Positions 15,692-17,927 of a stretch of DNA of 17,927 bases are shown here, in pieces. Below the pieces are notes generated by a model. That model made no database searches and was not told where the DNA came from. It saw only the letters and a list, made by a program, of their open reading frames with translations. The position numbers and the translations under genes are program-made. Numbering within the stretch: the stretch's first letter is position 1; each line of letters begins with the position of its first letter. Location of the stretch: NCBI GenBank assembly GCA_032128375.1, contig JAQBGU010000005.1, forward strand, positions 1 through 17,927, read 5' to 3'. This DNA comes from Deltaproteobacteria bacterium (GTDB lineage: Bacteria; Myxococcota_A; UBA9160; SMWR01).

Positions 15692-16813
15692 TCAATCCTG
15701 TTGATCGACACTGGGGGCGAGGCTCGCACCCTGGGCCACGACGGTCGTGGGGTCGATATTGCGCAATCCCTCCTTGCCGAAATAGGCACTGACGCTCGAC
15801 TGAACCATCGGAAGCATCGTCGTCCCGCCCGCAAGAATGATGGTGTCGATGTCGGGCGGGTGCATACCCGCGCGCGACAGTGCTTCGTCGCAAGTCGAGA
15901 ACGTACGACGAACCAGGTTCTCGCACAGGCGATCCAGGGTCCGCCGTGAGATCGTGACTCCTTCGGATGCCGCGGGGCACTCTGGGTCGACCTGCGAAAG
16001 CTCCAGTGTTGCTTCCTCAGCGGACGACAGAGCAATTTTGGCCGCTTCGCATCGAGCGACCAATCGATCGCTGATCTCGCTGTAGTTGCTCAGATCCCAG
16101 TTGTGCTTCTCGAGCACGTAGCGGGTCACCCAAGATGCCAGATTCTGATCGATATCGTCGCCGCCCAGGAAGAGATCGCTCGCATGCGACAAGAGGATCG
16201 GAACTTTCTTCGAACAATCGAGGATCGCGCAGTCAAACGTCCCGCCGCCCAGGTCGTAGACCAGCGCGGTACCCAGGTCGACGTCGAGCGCACGGTACGC
16301 GAATATCACCGCGGTTGACTCGGATATCAGATGGACATTCGAAATTCCCGCGAGCGCCGCGGCCTGCGCGGTCGCCTCGCGCTGCGCGGGCCCGAACATC
16401 GCCGGAATCGTCACATTGACTTGTGTCGTAGTCGTGCGGAGCTCGGCCCACTGTGCGATCTCGCCGAGCACTTTCGATGCGATCTCGGTCGGCGAGAAGT
16501 TCCCTGTGCGGGTTGCGAACAGCGGTTCTCCGTTCGGCCCTTCGAGCATCGAGAATCGGTAGCGTTCCCGGAAGCTCGTGGTCGTCGAATCCCGAAAGCG
16601 CCGGCCCATGATCCGCTTCGCCGACCAGATCGTATTCTCGAAATCGATCGCTCGCCGACGTCGAGCCCCTCGTCCGATCATCGTGTGGCCGTTGGGCAAG
16701 AACGCGACGACTGACGGAAGCGTGCAGGATCCGTCGTCTGCGACAAAAACGGTGCGTCCCGCAACCGCGGAAACGCTATTGGTCGTACCGAGATCGATAC
16801 CGACTACGTCCAT
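15692..16813 (-). CDS. Hsp70-family protein consisting only of the nucleotide-binding (ATPase) domain
   Basis: VVGIDLGTTNS, LPSVVAF, SAKRIMGR, VTIPAMF..AQREAT, VYDLGGGTFD, LGGDDID, EAAKIALS, LAGGTTMLPMVQ, DPTTVVAQGA; stops at 373 aa with no linker or substrate-binding domain. Confidence 0.92.
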   Translation of the reverse strand: MDVVGIDLGTTNSVSAVAGRTVFVADDGSCTLPSVVAFLPNGHTMIGRGARRRRAIDFENTIWSAKRIMGRRFRDSTTTSFRERYRFSMLEGPNGEPLFATRTGNFSPTEIASKVLGEIAQWAELRTTTTQVNVTIPAMFGPAQREATAQAAALAGISNVHLISESTAVIFAYRALDVDLGTALVYDLGGGTFDCAILDCSKKVPILLSHASDLFLGGDDIDQNLASWVTRYVLEKHNWDLSNYSEISDRLVARCEAAKIALSSAEEATLELSQVDPECPAASEGVTISRRTLDRLCENLVRRTFSTCDEALSRAGMHPPDIDTIILAGGTTMLPMVQSSVSAYFGKEGLRNIDPTTVVAQGASLAPSVDQQD

Positions 16814-17208
16814 TCAGATCTGTCCTTTACCGGTGTCGTGCGGCACCGGTCTGGCTGACGGAGGAATTCAATCAGACGCTCGCGCGTTACATCGCTCATG
16901 TCTTCGATCGCGAGATAGTAGTGGAGCCGAGTTCGATCCCTGATTCGACGAACGACACAGTGGAGAGTCACAACTGGGTTGGCCTGCGGCTGCTGGCCCG
17001 GGAAGACAACACTGAGCAACACCGCAGAGCCCGCGCTTTGTTCACGATGCGATTCGAGGACCATCGAATCGCATCCCAACTCGAGGATATTCCCGAAGCA
17101 CTTGGTCGTATTCGCACCTGCTTCGTCGATCACCTTGATTGTCGCGAGCAACTCGAGGCCGCGTCGCGTCGCAGGCAGTATGGCTGTCTCGGACATCGAT
17201 CGTTCCAT
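16804..17208 (-). CDS. Small PilZ-like domain protein with degenerate c-di-GMP motifs; start uncertain (17238/17208/17196)
   Basis: Pattern RR.LELLATIKV...FGNILELGCDSMVLES......GSAVLLSVVFPG....VTLHCVVRR.......YYLAIEDMSDVTRERLIEFL follows PilZ beta-barrel plus C-terminal helix spacing. 3' end overlaps the Hsp70 start by 10 bp. Confidence 0.6.
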   Translation of the reverse strand: MERSMSETAILPATRRGLELLATIKVIDEAGANTTKCFGNILELGCDSMVLESHREQSAGSAVLLSVVFPGQQPQANPVVTLHCVVRRIRDRTRLHYYLAIEDMSDVTRERLIEFLRQPDRCRTTPVKDRSEWT

Positions 17209-17437
17209 CCCGTGGCCACGGCTTCGCTTTGGCCTCATACCGCCTGGGTGTTCATCGGCCGCCGGGGCCATTGACTGAGCAGTTTGAAGCCCAGAATTGC
17301 GAGGTTTGACGCGGTTCTGGATGCGTACGCGGAAAGACGTCGTGCGTCGCTGCTGTTTCGAGCCGAAGCATAGATTTCCGACGTGGTCACAACTCGACCT
17401 GCGCTTGGGCGGAGAGCTCACTTCCAAACGCCGTGAC

Positions 17438-17854
17438 TCAGTCGGACGCAGCTCGCAAGAACGCGTCGATATCGACGAATCCGGATGGCCAGCCAAACGA
17501 ACCGTCACCGGGACCCAGCGTGCCGATTCCGATGATCGAATCGAGATTCACCGGTCCGTAGACATGCGGAAACTCGTCGGCTGTTTCGAGGTGGCCCGTG
17601 CCGCCCCCGTGAATCGGCGCCGCCGGCTCGAATCGCCACGGTGCGGTCAAGCGATGGGTATCGATTTCGAGCAGCATCACCGGTTCGGCAACCGTCGCGT
17701 AGTAGTCATTGGCCACAGCGATGACCGTCTCGCGACCGGCTGCACAGTGGACGAACCCGTGCTCGGCGAAGCGCGCCGGAGTGTAGACGCGGTTGCGTAC
17801 GCCTGACCGGATCTCGGAGCTCGGCGCAATGTGATAGATCGGGCGCGCACTCAC
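17438..17854 (-). CDS. DUF952 family protein
   Basis: IYHIA, YTPARFAEHGFVHC, VANDYY, LLEID...L, RFEP, EFPHVYGPVNLDSI. Start is GTG 17854 or 17866. Confidence 0.88.
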   Translation of the reverse strand: MSARPIYHIAPSSEIRSGVRNRVYTPARFAEHGFVHCAAGRETVIAVANDYYATVAEPVMLLEIDTHRLTAPWRFEPAAPIHGGGTGHLETADEFPHVYGPVNLDSIIGIGTLGPGDGSFGWPSGFVDIDAFLRAASD

Positions 17855-17925
17855 AGCGGCTGCCACACGTCTGCATCACGGGGGTTCTTCTCGGTGCTGT
17901 AGTTGAGTCGACAGTTGAGTCGACA
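17851..17925 (-). CDS. Possible 3' end of a CDS entering from beyond the window
   Basis: Open minus frame CRLNCRLNYSTEKNPRDADVWQPL* whose TGA overlaps the DUF952 GTG (GTGA); too short to identify. Confidence 0.35.
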   Translation of the reverse strand, partial: CRLNCRLNYSTEKNPRDADVWQPL

Positions 17926-17927
17926 GT
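17901..17927. repeat. 12-bp tandem repeat (at least 2.25 copies, cut by the window end)
   Basis: AGTTGAGTCGAC AGTTGAGTCGAC AGT. Confidence 0.7.

Noticed and set aside
15692..16813. Calling this gene dnaK or mreB
   Set aside because: No substrate-binding domain and no grpE/dnaJ context for dnaK; the motifs (DLGTTNS, PSVVAF, DLGGGTFD, LGGDD) are Hsp70-type rather than MreB-type.
17901..17927. Start of a CRISPR array at the window edge
   Set aside because: The units are contiguous 12-mers with no spacers, and there are no cas genes in the window.
1..17927. Mobile element, prophage, defence island, tRNA or rRNA
   Set aside because: No transposase, integrase, phage or recognisable defence motifs, no tRNA or rRNA signatures, and no obvious compositional break by eye.

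Overview
A GC-rich, densely coding bacterial chromosomal window. The combination of a sigma-54 two-component system, a PEP-CTERM protein, Ku/LigD and a PilZ-like gene coupled to an Hsp70-family gene suggests a Myxococcota/deltaproteobacterial lineage (inference only). Left to right: 5'-truncated glutathione S-transferase; CxxCxxCC (YkgJ-like) metal-binding protein with an unclear start; a small DUF2834-like membrane protein divergent from a 2-TM histidine kinase plus NtrC-family regulator, with two back-to-back consensus sigma-54 promoters flanking a tandem palindrome; ICL/PEP-mutase family enzyme; PEP-CTERM surface protein with a structured upstream region; divergent ligD and ku (NHEJ), with ku followed by a frameshifted alpha/beta hydrolase and a SAM methyltransferase; serC; a lipoprotein; a SnoaL/NTF2 protein; cytochrome P450 plus ferredoxin; a stand-alone Hsp70 ATPase domain overlapping a degenerate PilZ-like gene; and a DUF952 gene. 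I saw no rRNA, tRNA, CRISPR array or mobile element. The best candidates for undescribed systems are the bidirectional sigma-54 module, the PilZ-like/Hsp70-NBD pair and a possible switch-like RNA leader upstream of the PEP-CTERM gene. All family calls are by eye from motifs; no searches were run.
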